Source of the DNA: Parcubacteria group bacterium
Lineage (GTDB): Bacteria > Patescibacteriota > Minisyncoccia > JACPHC01
NCBI GenBank assembly: GCA_016188775.1
Contig: JACPHC010000007.1
Location: 28,097 to 92,096 of the forward strand
DNA: 64,000 nt
Direction: 5' to 3'
Shown: positions 19,517-31,130 of the stretch, piece after piece
Position numbering within the stretch: the stretch's first letter is position 1
How the letters are laid out: every line of letters begins with the position of its first letter
Program-made: the position numbers and the translations under genes
The notes under the pieces: generated by a model
What the model saw: the letters and a program-made list of their open reading frames with translations, nothing else
Told to the model about the DNA's origin: nothing
Databases searched by the model: none

Positions 19517-19695
19517 AGCATCCGCGCCGCAAGCGGCGCGGAATTGTGATAATGCTTTGTTATGAAAAGTTCTCGCTCGGCCCTGCCTGCCGGCAAGGCA
19601 GGCCGACCAACTCGCCTCGCTCGATTTAAACTCGTTTCGCTCGTTGCCTTCATCCCCGCGACAAGTCGCGTGGTATTCGGCGAATACATAATAAA
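19515..19695 (+). repeat. full-length (~180-nt) copy B of the GC-hairpin repeat family
   Basis: Its core matches 8633..8688. Its extension matches the reverse complement of 57917..58080 except for a 24-nt indel. The listed ORF MKSSRSA... is its translation. Confidence 0.6.
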
Positions 19696-19846
19696 CGCGA
19701 TAACGATCATGTTTCTTTTAAAAAAACAAAATAAAGGGTTTACCCCGTAAGACAACTTTGAATGCTGTCATTAAATTTTTTGATTAATGACAGTTTCAGG
19801 GCAAGATTATATAAATATGTTTGAATCTTTTAAAAAATCATCAATA

Positions 19847-20293
19847 ATGACAGTAAAAAATTTTTTTCAAAGTTGCTCTACGGGGTTTACTTTGATTGAA
19901 CTTTTGGTGGTAATCGCCATTATCGCTCTTTTAGCCGGCACGGTCCTTTATCTTTTGAGCCAATATCGAGCGCGCTTGCGCGATTCCCAGAGAATCGCCG
20001 CGGTTCGCGATATGGAAAAAGCTCTGGCTATTTATTATAATGGTAATTCTCTTTACCCGGCCGGCGGCTCTTGCGACACTACCGGTTGCGTTGTTGAACC
20101 TGGTAATATTATACTGGAAGGAACATTGGTGAGCCAATTTTTACTTTCCAGATTACCTAAAGACCCGTTCAACGCGACTCCTTATCAACTGATTTATTTT
20201 TCCAGCAGCAACGGCGCCAATTATGTTTTAAATTATTATCTTGAAACCACGTCAGGGGCAGGCAACGCGGGCTTAAACAGCATTCATCCGTAA
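19847..20293 (+). CDS. pilA: type IV pilin (prepilin with N-terminal cleavage/methylation domain)
   Basis: G|FTLIELLVVIAIIALLAG. The start is chosen at the ATG that gives a short leader; the listed ORF begins at 19787. Confidence 0.75.
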   Translation: MTVKNFFQSCSTGFTLIELLVVIAIIALLAGTVLYLLSQYRARLRDSQRIAAVRDMEKALAIYYNGNSLYPAGGSCDTTGCVVEPGNIILEGTLVSQFLLSRLPKDPFNATPYQLIYFSSSNGANYVLNYYLETTSGAGNAGLNSIHP

Positions 20294-20326
20294 ATTTTAA
20301 ATTTATTAAAAATTTCACTACCGAGT

Positions 20327-20728
20327 ATGCCAAAAGAAAAAAAATTATTTGTTTTAATAATAGACGATGATCCGTTTCTTTCCGAAATGTATTCCACTCG
20401 TTTTAAGCAAGATAAATTTGAAGCTGATGTCGCGGTCAACGGAGAAGAAGGATTTCAAAAAGCCAAGGAAAAAAAGCCGGATTTGATTTTGCTCGACGTG
20501 GTAATGCCGAAAATGGACGGTTTTGAAACCCTCAAAGCTCTGAAAGATAACATTGAAACAAAAGGCATTCCCGTTATTTTATTAACTAATTTGGGCCAGC
20601 GCGAAGATGTTGAAAAGGGATTGAAATTAGGCGCGGACGATTATGTTATCAAAGCCCATTTCACTCCGACTGAAGTTTTAAAAAGGGCGGAAAAGGTGTT
20701 AGAATCAAGAAAAAGTAAAAGTAAATAA
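20327..20728 (+). CDS. single-domain response regulator (PilH/CheY-like) inside the pilus operon
   Basis: IIDDD...DLILLDVVMPKMDGFE receiver motifs. Confidence 0.8.
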   Translation: MPKEKKLFVLIIDDDPFLSEMYSTRFKQDKFEADVAVNGEEGFQKAKEKKPDLILLDVVMPKMDGFETLKALKDNIETKGIPVILLTNLGQREDVEKGLKLGADDYVIKAHFTPTEVLKRAEKVLESRKSKSK

Positions 20729-20732
20729 TAAA

Positions 20733-21800
20733 ATGAGTTATTTTGAAGAACTGGAAAAACTTTTAGAAGCGGTGGTTATTCAAAACGGTTCCGATATTCA
20801 TATTAGCGTCGGCCGTCATCCCACGCTTCGGGTGGACGGGGCTTTGATCCCTTTGATTAAAAAACCGATTTTAAACGGCGAAGACGCGTTGGGTTTAATT
20901 CAGGCTCTTCTTAACGAGGAGCAGTTTAATCGTTTTTTAAAAGAAAAAGAACTGGATTTTTCTTACAGTTTTCGCGACCGGGCGCGTTTTCGGGCTAATG
21001 TGTTTTTCCAGCGCGGCTTTGCCGGCGCGGCTTTGCGTTTGATACCGGCTAAAATTAAAACCATTGAAGAGCTTAATCTTCCGCCGGTTTTGCGCGAATT
21101 CGCCCGTTACAGTCAGGGATTTTTTTTGGTGGTCGGGCCGACCGGGCACGGCAAAACCACGACCTTGGCTGCCCTAGTCGACGAGATTAATCATCAAAGA
21201 GACGAACACATCATTACCATTGAAGATCCGATTGAATATCTTTTTTCCCAATCCCGTTCGATTATTAACCAGAGGGAAGTGGGCATTGACACTGCCAATT
21301 TTCATAAAGCTCTTCGTTCGATGTTTCGGGAAGATATTGACGTGGCCATGATAGGAGAGATGCGCGATCCGGAAACGATGTCCGCCGCGGTCACGGCGGC
21401 CGAGACCGGCCATTTGGTTTTTTCCACTTTACACACCAACAGCGCCACCCAGACTATTGATCGGATTATTGATTCTTTTCCGTCCTCCCAGCAATCGCAA
21501 ATTCGCATTCAGCTGGCTTCGTCTTTAATCGGCATTGTTTCCCAGCGTTTGATTCCCCGAATTTCCGGCGGCTTGATTCCGGCCGTGGAGGTGATGATCG
21601 CCAATTCCGCCATCAGAAATTTAATTCGGGAAAATAAAACTCATCAATTAGATTTGGTGATTGACACGTCTTTTCAGGAAGGAATGGTATCTCTTAATCG
21701 ATCTTTGGCTGATTTGACGCGCCGGAAAGAAATCTCCTTAGAAAACGCGATGATTTATTCCACCAATCCGTCGGAATTAAGATTGCTTTTGAAAAAATAA
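20733..21800 (+). CDS. pilT: twitching-motility retraction ATPase PilT
   Basis: Walker A GPTGHGKTTT and PilT-family motifs; 355 aa. Confidence 0.9.
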   Translation: MSYFEELEKLLEAVVIQNGSDIHISVGRHPTLRVDGALIPLIKKPILNGEDALGLIQALLNEEQFNRFLKEKELDFSYSFRDRARFRANVFFQRGFAGAALRLIPAKIKTIEELNLPPVLREFARYSQGFFLVVGPTGHGKTTTLAALVDEINHQRDEHIITIEDPIEYLFSQSRSIINQREVGIDTANFHKALRSMFREDIDVAMIGEMRDPETMSAAVTAAETGHLVFSTLHTNSATQTIDRIIDSFPSSQQSQIRIQLASSLIGIVSQRLIPRISGGLIPAVEVMIANSAIRNLIRENKTHQLDLVIDTSFQEGMVSLNRSLADLTRRKEISLENAMIYSTNPSELRLLLKK

Positions 21801-21805
21801 GTAAA

Positions 21806-23008
21806 ATGCTTTTTCATTACGAAGTTTTAACCAAGGAAGGAAAAAGAGAAGAGGGCGAAATTGAAGCGGCCAATCAAGACGTGGCGGTTGACCTTCTCCA
21901 TCAGCGGGGTTTTGTCATCGCCTCAATAAGCTCAAAGCAAGTTCCTTTTTATCTCCAGCGGCTTAAAATTTTTGAACGCATTTCCCAGAAAGAAGTAATG
22001 ATTTTTTCCAGGCAGCTGGCCACTCTTTTTGAAGCCAAAGTGCCTTTGGTTCAATCTCTTCATGCTTTGGCCGATCAGACGACTAATTTTTATTTTCGGG
22101 AAAGAATTCAAAAAATCGTTTCCGACATTGAAGGCGGGACGACTTTTTCCGAATCTCTTTCTCGCCATCCGGATATTTTCGGCCCTTTGTATTACAATAT
22201 GATTAAATCCGGCGAGGTGGCCGGCAAACTTCAAGAAGTTCTTTTATATTTAGCCGACAATATTGAGCGCGAATTCGATCTTAAGCGCAAGGTAATCTCC
22301 TCGTTAATTTATCCCGCTTTTGTTTTGACCGGTTTTTTCATCGTGGCCGCGATTATGATTGTCGTTATTGTTCCCAAAATCACCGGCGTGCTTTTGGAAT
22401 CCGGACAAGAGCTACCTTTCTCCACTTCTTTAATTTTGGGCGTTTCCACTTTTTTACGCTACGCCGGCCTTCCGCTTTTGATTCTTTTGATCGGCGGCGT
22501 TATTCTGCTTGTCAATTTGATTCAAGTTCCGCGTTTTAGAAAAATTTTTGACGCTTTTTTGATTGATGTTCCGATTTTGGGCGATCTTTTCAGAAAAATT
22601 TATTTAGCCCGTTTTGCCAACAGTCTTGGCACTTTAATGACCGGCGGTTTGCCAATTATTCAAGCGATGCAGATTTCGGCGGACGTGGTTGGCAATTCCG
22701 TTTACAAAGAAATAATTTTATCGGCAGGGGAAGCGGTCAGGGGAGGCCGGTTTATCAGCGCGGTTTTTGACGTCAGCCCGGAAATCCCGCCGTTGGTGAC
22801 TCAAATGATCGCGGTGGGAGAAAAAACCGGAAAACTTGATCAAATTTTAACCAGTTTGGCAAAATTTTACCGCCGGGAAGTTGACGCCGCCCTGGACGTT
22901 TTAGTCAGCTTGATCGAGCCGGTTTTGATTGTCATTTTGGGCATTGGCGTCGGTTTTCTGGTTGCGGCGGTTTTAGTTCCGGTGTATAATTTAGCTGGGG
23001 TTTTTTAA
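21806..23008 (+). CDS. pilC: type IV pilus inner-membrane platform protein PilC (GspF family)
   Basis: Two T2SS-F repeats; 400 aa. Confidence 0.9.
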   Translation: MLFHYEVLTKEGKREEGEIEAANQDVAVDLLHQRGFVIASISSKQVPFYLQRLKIFERISQKEVMIFSRQLATLFEAKVPLVQSLHALADQTTNFYFRERIQKIVSDIEGGTTFSESLSRHPDIFGPLYYNMIKSGEVAGKLQEVLLYLADNIEREFDLKRKVISSLIYPAFVLTGFFIVAAIMIVVIVPKITGVLLESGQELPFSTSLILGVSTFLRYAGLPLLILLIGGVILLVNLIQVPRFRKIFDAFLIDVPILGDLFRKIYLARFANSLGTLMTGGLPIIQAMQISADVVGNSVYKEIILSAGEAVRGGRFISAVFDVSPEIPPLVTQMIAVGEKTGKLDQILTSLAKFYRREVDAALDVLVSLIEPVLIVILGIGVGFLVAAVLVPVYNLAGVF

Positions 23009-23079
23009 GTCTGTGGATAATTTAATAATTTTTGATTTCGGTAAAAAAGGTCGAGACATAAATTTATATTTGCTTTAAA

Positions 23080-23565
23080 ATGATAAAGAAAAATAAAGGT
23101 TTTACTTTAATTGAACTTTTGGTGGTAATCGCCATTATCGGTATTTTAGCCGGCATTGTTTTGGTTTCTCTGTCCACTGTCCGATCTCGAGGGCGGGATG
23201 CCAGACGGCAAGGAGACTTGGAATCGGTCAGGACCGCTTTGGAATTATATTTGGACGCCAATAACACGTATCCGGCTGGAAGCGGCACTACGCTCGCTGA
23301 CACCGCTAACGCGCTTCCCTCCGCTTTATCGCCGACTTATCTTGGCAAAATTCCGGGAAATCCTACGCCCTCCGGTACTCCTATATCCGCCTATCAATAT
23401 TTTGCGGGAACAGCTACTCCTCTTTCCACTTATCTGCTTAGGGTTAGCTTAGAAAATGGAAATTCTGCCGGTATTAATTCACTTCCTACTGGTTTTACTG
23501 CTGGCGGAACAGTAACTTGCGGTGATGGCTCATCAACAGATACAGTGCTTTGTTTCATTCCTTAA
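23080..23565 (+). CDS. type IV pilin (prepilin), second major-pilin candidate
   Basis: KG|FTLIELLVVIAIIGILAG N-terminus. Confidence 0.8.
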   Translation: MIKKNKGFTLIELLVVIAIIGILAGIVLVSLSTVRSRGRDARRQGDLESVRTALELYLDANNTYPAGSGTTLADTANALPSALSPTYLGKIPGNPTPSGTPISAYQYFAGTATPLSTYLLRVSLENGNSAGINSLPTGFTAGGTVTCGDGSSTDTVLCFIP

Positions 23566-23593
23566 ACTGATAAAAATTAGACTGCTAGAAAAT

Positions 23594-23667
23594 GTCATTG
23601 CGAGCGACCGAAGAAAGCGAAGCAATCTAGCTTTCATAAACGAGATTGCCACGGCGTCTTCGACGTC
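23594..23667. repeat. inverted-repeat miniature element (GTCATTGCGAG...GAAGCAATCT / AGATTGCC...CTCGCGATGAC)
   Basis: Imperfect 74-bp palindrome. The same arms flank the GIY-YIG remnant at 52.6-52.9 kb. Confidence 0.6.
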
Positions 23668-23781
23668 TCGCGATGACAAAAAATAAGTTTTCGGATAGTT
23701 TCTGAAAATTTTAAAATTAAAATCCCCTTGATTAACATCAAAGGGATTTTAATTTTAAATCGTTTGAAAATTTAATTAACT

Positions 23782-23911
23782 GTCATTGCGAGGAGCGAAG
23801 CGACGAAGCAATCTCAATAATATTAGCTAAAATACGAGATTGCCACGCTCCTTTCAGTCTCTCGCAATGACGCATGGGATTGCTTCGGCGATTTTATCGC
23901 CTCGCAATGAC
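23782..23911. repeat. second inverted-repeat miniature element (23782..23871) plus an extra half-arm (23878..23911)
   Basis: The same GTCATTGCGAG/GAAGCAATC arms; the half-arm GATTGCTTCGGCGATTTTATCGCCTCGCAATGAC matches 52588..52622 in reverse complement. Confidence 0.6.
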
Positions 23912-23980
23912 GATTGGCTTGCGGATTTTAGCCTAAGATATGATATTTTAATTTTAAACTCGTTAAGGTATAATAGAAAT

Positions 23981-24778
23981 ATGATTTTTTTTCTTTTTTT
24001 TATATTTGGTTTGGCAATCGGCAGTTTTTTAAACGTGGTGATCGCGCGTTTGGATACGAATCAGAGCATTGTGGGAGATCGGTCGCGATGCCCTCATTGC
24101 GATAAAATTCTTCGATGGTACGAATTGGCGCCTTTGATTAGTTTCATTGTCCAGAAAGGCCGGTGTCGAAATTGTCAAAAATCAATTTCATGTCATTATC
24201 CCGTAGTTGAAATATCCACGGGGTCGCTGTTTCTTTTAATTTTCAATCAATTTTCAATTTCTAATTTTTCAATTATTAATTTATTTTCTTTAATTTATTG
24301 GCTGTTTATTGCAAGTATTTTAATAATTATTTTTGTCTACGATTTTAAATATTACATTATTCCGGACAAAATTATCTGGCCCGCGATTTTGATAAGTTCG
24401 GGATTTAACGCCTTAAATTTGTTTTTGGTCCCGGATCCAAAATTTCAAATTTTTCATTTGATTTGGCACATTATTTTTTCTCAAATCGGCGCGATTTTCT
24501 TTTTGATTTTAATAATTATTTCCAAAGGAGAATGGATGGGTTTGGGTGATGTCAAATTGGCCGTTTTAATGGGGCTTATTTTGGGCTGGCCGAAAATTTT
24601 AGCCGCTTTATTTTTCAGTTTTATGATCGGTTCTTTTGTCAGCGTCATTTTAATGATTTTTAAAAGAAAAAACATAAAAGATCGGATTCCCTTCGGCCCG
24701 TTTTTAATTTTAGGGACGTTCATCGCCCTGTTTTTAGGGGATCAAGTTTTGAATTGGTATCTAAAATTCATTTTTTAG
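23981..24778 (+). CDS. pilD: prepilin peptidase PilD (A24 family)
   Basis: CPHCD...CRNC zinc-binding loop plus polytopic peptidase/methyltransferase core. The true start is at MIFFLFF; the listed ORF start at 23840 lies inside the repeat. Confidence 0.8.
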   Translation: MIFFLFFIFGLAIGSFLNVVIARLDTNQSIVGDRSRCPHCDKILRWYELAPLISFIVQKGRCRNCQKSISCHYPVVEISTGSLFLLIFNQFSISNFSIINLFSLIYWLFIASILIIIFVYDFKYYIIPDKIIWPAILISSGFNALNLFLVPDPKFQIFHLIWHIIFSQIGAIFFLILIIISKGEWMGLGDVKLAVLMGLILGWPKILAALFFSFMIGSFVSVILMIFKRKNIKDRIPFGPFLILGTFIALFLGDQVLNWYLKFIF

Positions 24779-24921
24779 ATATTTAAATAATAAATTTAAA
24801 TTTTTTACTAAACTTATTCTACGGCCGTTAAATAAGTTTAGTATCAATGATTTTTCCATCACGCTGTTAATTTTATCAAGAGATTTTAATCATTGTTGAA
24901 TCATTATTTTTTTTGTTATAA

Positions 24922-25515
24922 TTGGCTATGCTTTTTTTTGAGAAAAATGCCTGGTTTGTCCAGCGTTTTATAGAGAAAAAAGAAAGCGCGGGGTTTAGTC
25001 TTTTGGAACTTTTAATGTCAGCCGCGATTATTATGATTATTTCCGGCCTTGTGCTGGTTAATTTTAGAGTTGGTTTTGGAGAGCAAGCTCTGAATCGAGC
25101 AACGCAAAAATTAGTTTTGGATTTAAGAAAAACGCAAAATATGGCTCTGGCCGGAACAGAGATCTCCGGAACCACGCCTTGCGGTTTTGGCTTGGCAATT
25201 CCGGTTTCCGCGTCATTTCCGATTTCGGATTATCAGCTTTTTGCTTATTGGCCGGCTGTTTGTCCCGGTAATAGCCAAAAAAGCGCCGGAGATTCAACGA
25301 TTGAAAATTTGAAAATTTCGGAATCAGCCATTGAAATATCTTCTGCCGATTTTTCGAACGTGATTTTTTTTCCTCCGGAACCTAGAACAGCAATCAGAAA
25401 TTTGAGCGACACCGCCACTTTGTCTTCGGCTACTATTACCTTGCGGATAAAAAATAATCCTTCCAAAACTAAAATTATATTTATCAATGAAGCCGGTCAA
25501 ATTAGCATCCAATAA
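24922..25515 (+). CDS. minor pilin / pseudopilin (prepilin-type N-terminus)
   Basis: AG|FSLLELLMSAAIIMI N-terminal motif. Confidence 0.6.
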   Translation: MAMLFFEKNAWFVQRFIEKKESAGFSLLELLMSAAIIMIISGLVLVNFRVGFGEQALNRATQKLVLDLRKTQNMALAGTEISGTTPCGFGLAIPVSASFPISDYQLFAYWPAVCPGNSQKSAGDSTIENLKISESAIEISSADFSNVIFFPPEPRTAIRNLSDTATLSSATITLRIKNNPSKTKIIFINEAGQISIQ

Positions 25516-26032
25516 GGGACTTGCCCGTCTAAATTTTTCTAAAAACTTAGACGGGTTCACGTTGCTTGAAACCATTGTCGCTCTCGGTGTTTTTACCATT
25601 GCGATTTCCGCAGCTTTGACCTTGGCTAATCAAAGCATTGAATCTTCCCGGGTGGCTAAAGCGCGGTTTATCGCTTCTTCTTTAGCTGAAGAAGGCATTG
25701 AAGGCGTGAGAAACAAACGCGACACGAATTGGTTGGCAAGCCTGACAGGGCCGGATATTGATTGGCGGACCGGCCTATCCGATGGCTCTTACGAACTTAA
25801 TGTTTCGGAGACTGGAATTAGTTTTGCCTCAAACGCCAATCGATTTTTAAAATTTGATTCCGCCACAGGTTTGTACAATTACGCCGGCTCTGGTTCAACC
25901 GCCTATCAGAGAAAAATTGACATTTCAACGGTTAGCGCGGATGAAATGAAAGTCATTTCCACTATCACTTGGCGGTTAAAATCAAAAAATTACAGTTTTG
26001 TTGTTGAAGAACATTTATTTAATTGGAAGTAA
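25487..26032 (+). CDS. minor pilin (PilV-like, prepilin-type N-terminus)
   Basis: DG|FTLLETIVALGVFTIAI N-terminal motif. Confidence 0.6.
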   Translation: MKPVKLASNKGLARLNFSKNLDGFTLLETIVALGVFTIAISAALTLANQSIESSRVAKARFIASSLAEEGIEGVRNKRDTNWLASLTGPDIDWRTGLSDGSYELNVSETGISFASNANRFLKFDSATGLYNYAGSGSTAYQRKIDISTVSADEMKVISTITWRLKSKNYSFVVEEHLFNWK

Positions 26033-26129
26033 TTTATGATTTTTTTTGAATAAGCGAAGGAAAGCGGATTTTTAAAATAAGCAATATGCTAAGCAGTCTT
26101 TATTCAGTTGATGCATAAAAAAATAAATT

Positions 26130-26681
26130 ATGATTGACAATTTAAAATTTAAAAATAAAGAATCAGGATTTTCTTTGATGGAAATGATTGTCGCTATCGG
26201 CGTTTTTCTGATCATTTTTTCAATAATTATCGGCATTTTTATTTCCGCGAGCCGCGTTCAGCGCAAGACTTTGGGCTTAATAAGTATTATTAACGATTCG
26301 CGTTTTGTTTTCGAGCGAATGGGCAAAGAAATGAGGACCGGAAAAACTTTTCAGTTTCCGACCGGCGCTTTAAACGGCTCAAACAAAATTTGTTTCACTA
26401 ACGACAAAGGCATTCAAGTTGTTTATCAATTAAACGCGACTTCGATTGCTCGATACGAAGGAGTTTGCGATAGCGTTTTGCCGGCCAATTCGAAAATTAC
26501 CAGCCAGAACGTTGAAATAACATATTTAAAGTTTTATCTTTCAGGCGAAACTGCCCCGCCGGATACCAATCAGCCTCGGATAACCATAACCGCGGGATTA
26601 AAGTCATCTGGCATTCCCGCAACCGAAAGCAGTACTATCAATATTGAAAAAACGATTTCTCCCATTCCATTAAACGCTTAA
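26130..26681 (+). CDS. minor pilin (PilW-like, prepilin-type N-terminus)
   Basis: SG|FSLMEMIVAIGVFLII N-terminal motif. Confidence 0.6.
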   Translation: MIDNLKFKNKESGFSLMEMIVAIGVFLIIFSIIIGIFISASRVQRKTLGLISIINDSRFVFERMGKEMRTGKTFQFPTGALNGSNKICFTNDKGIQVVYQLNATSIARYEGVCDSVLPANSKITSQNVEITYLKFYLSGETAPPDTNQPRITITAGLKSSGIPATESSTINIEKTISPIPLNA

Positions 26682-26682
26682 A

Positions 26683-29168
<2,486 letters not shown>

Positions 29169-29178
29169 TTAAAGTAGC

Positions 29179-29283
29179 GAAGTCCCGTGCCAAGCTTTAC
29201 TTTGGCGCGTGGATGAAAAAGCCAAGCGGCTTAATGTCAAAATAATCAGAGAAAAAGAATTGCTGAATTTATTAAAAAATTAA
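29179..29283 (+). other. out-of-frame duplicate remnant of the ligA 3' end (BRCT tail)
   Basis: The +1 frame encodes ...VDEKAKRLNVKIIREKELLNLLKN*, which parallels the true LigA C-terminus ...[23 protein letters not shown]. Confidence 0.4.
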
Positions 29284-29300
29284 ATCGTATAAAAAAATTT

Positions 29301-29594
29301 ATGTTTTATGTCAGTCGTGTCGCGAAATTAGTCCGGATCGGATTTTCAAAAGAAGAAGAAAAGCGATTTTCCAAAGAATTGGAAGCGATTTTGGAATTTG
29401 TCAGTCAACTTCAGAAAGTTAACACCGATAACATTGAACCGATCAGTCACATTACCGGTTTAGTTAATGTGACGCGCGAAGATTGGCCGAAAGAAAAAGA
29501 ATTCAGAGAGGAAGACGCGAAAAGAGCGGATAAAATGTTGAAAATAGCGCCGGAAACAAAAAATAATTATGTTAAAGTAAAAGCGATTTTATAA
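29301..29594 (+). CDS. gatC: Asp/Glu-tRNA amidotransferase subunit C
   Basis: Glu-tRNAGln amidotransferase C-subunit-like protein of 97 aa, immediately upstream of gatA. Confidence 0.7.
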   Translation: MFYVSRVAKLVRIGFSKEEEKRFSKELEAILEFVSQLQKVNTDNIEPISHITGLVNVTREDWPKEKEFREEDAKRADKMLKIAPETKNNYVKVKAIL

Positions 29595-29620
29595 TTTTTT
29601 AAGAAAACTAATTTTGTTCT

Positions 29621-29696
29621 ATGGCTGGCGGAGGAGGTTTTTGCCACCTCACTGCTCCGCATGAGGATTCCGTCAAAAACCTCCTCCGCCAGCCAT
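29621..29696 (+). promoter_or_regulatory. large perfect stem-loop (23-bp stem) in the gatC-gatA intergenic region
   Basis: atggctggcggaggaggtttttg pairs perfectly with caaaaacctcctccgccagccat around a 30-nt loop that holds a smaller hairpin. Confidence 0.5.
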
Positions 29697-29710
29697 AAAT
29701 GGAATGAATT

Positions 29711-31129
29711 TTGGATTTTTTTATGGAATTTGATCAATTCACAATTAAGCAATTACATGAAGGACTGGTTAAAAAAGAATTTTCTTCCACTGAATTAACC
29801 AGCGATTTTTTAAATCGCATTCGTGAAAAGGACAAGGCAATTCACGCGTTTTTAAGTTTGAATTCCGAAGAAGCGATTGGGCAGGCGGAGAAAGTTGATG
29901 AAATGATCTCTCAAGGAGAAAAAATTGACGTTTTATCCGGCATTCCTTGCGCGGTCAAAGACAATATTTTAGTCGAGAATTTGCCGGCCACAGCCGGATC
30001 AAAAATTTTGGAAAATTACATAGCGCCTTACGATGCCACGGCGATTAAAAAATTAAAAGAAAAAAAATCGATATTTTTGGGAAAAACGAATTTGGACGAA
30101 TTTGCCATGGGTTCTTCCACGGAAAATTCCGCTTTTGGGCCTACGAAAAATCCGGTTGATTTGAATCGGGTCCCGGGCGGATCTTCCGGCGGTTCAGCCG
30201 CGGCCGTTAAGGCCGGAATGTGCGCGTTTGCTTTGGGGTCGGATACCGGCGGTTCAATCCGCCAGCCGGCTTCGTTTTGCGGCGTAGTGGGGCTTAAGCC
30301 GACTTACGGCGCGGTTTCCCGTTACGGTCTTATGGCTATGGCTTCTTCTTTAGATCAAATTGGGCCGATTACCAAAACCGTTGAAGACGCGGAAATAGTT
30401 TTTGACGCCATGGCCGGTTATGATCTTCTAGATTCCACCAGCGTTAAATTTCCAATTCCAGATTTAAGGTTTAAGATTCAAGGACTGCGAATCGGCATTC
30501 CCAAAGAATATTTTCAAAAAGGATTAGATCCGAAAGTGGACGAGGCCATTAAAAAAGCCATTAAACAATTTGAAGATTTAGGAGCCAGTATCGAAGAAAT
30601 AAGTTTGCCGCATACGTCCGACGCTCTCGCGTCTTATTATTTAATTATGCCCTCCGAAGTTTCAGCTAATCTTGCCAGGTACGACGGCATTAAATACGGC
30701 CTTTCAAAAGAAGGCGATGATTTGATATCGGTTTATTTAAATACCAGAAAAGAAGGTCTTGGCCAAGAAGTCAGAAGGAGAGTGATGTTGGGCGCTTACG
30801 CTTTATCGGCCGGCTATTACGACGCTTTTTATCTTAAAGCCCAAAAAGTTCGCGCGCTGATCAAACAAGATTTTGAAAAAGCTTTTTCCAAGGTTGATCT
30901 TTTACTGACGCCGACCAGTCCTCAAACCGCTTTTAAATTCGGCGAAAAAACAGCTGATCCGCTGGCAATGTATCTGGCCGATATTTACACCGTGCCGGTT
31001 AATTTGGCGGGTCTGCCGGCCATTTCAATTCCAGTTGAGCCGGTTGGCGGTTTACCAATCGGCCTTCAAATCATCGGCCGCTGGTTCGAAGAAAAATTAA
31101 TTTTAAAAGCGGCTCAAGAGTTAAAATAA
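29711..31129 (+). CDS. gatA: Glu-tRNA(Gln)/Asp-tRNA(Asn) amidotransferase subunit A
   Basis: Amidase-signature GGSSGGSAAAV with a Ser-cisSer-Lys triad. Confidence 0.9.
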   Translation: MDFFMEFDQFTIKQLHEGLVKKEFSSTELTSDFLNRIREKDKAIHAFLSLNSEEAIGQAEKVDEMISQGEKIDVLSGIPCAVKDNILVENLPATAGSKILENYIAPYDATAIKKLKEKKSIFLGKTNLDEFAMGSSTENSAFGPTKNPVDLNRVPGGSSGGSAAAVKAGMCAFALGSDTGGSIRQPASFCGVVGLKPTYGAVSRYGLMAMASSLDQIGPITKTVEDAEIVFDAMAGYDLLDSTSVKFPIPDLRFKIQGLRIGIPKEYFQKGLDPKVDEAIKKAIKQFEDLGASIEEISLPHTSDALASYYLIMPSEVSANLARYDGIKYGLSKEGDDLISVYLNTRKEGLGQEVRRRVMLGAYALSAGYYDAFYLKAQKVRALIKQDFEKAFSKVDLLLTPTSPQTAFKFGEKTADPLAMYLADIYTVPVNLAGLPAISIPVEPVGGLPIGLQIIGRWFEEKLILKAAQELK

Positions 31130-31130
31130 T

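Noticed and set aside
19562-19750. ORFs 19562..19750 (+) and 57812..58033 (-), both starting MKSSRSA
   Set aside because: They are the same dispersed repeat element translated. The two peptides agree only over the first 7 residues (MKSSRSA) and diverge after that, because the copies differ by point substitutions and a 24-nt indel, as expected for non-coding repeat copies.
23586-23911. Possible CRISPR array (short GC-rich repeats in an AT-rich intergenic region, also at 52.5-53.0 kb)
   Set aside because: The repeats occur as inverted pairs with irregular spacing and variable sequence. There are no uniform direct repeats with unique spacers and no cas genes.
23840-23980. 5' extension of the pilD ORF (MPRSFQSLAMTHGIASAILSPRNDDW...)
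   Set aside because: This is the translation of the GTCATTGCGAG inverted-repeat elements. The peptidase starts at MIFFLFF at 23981.
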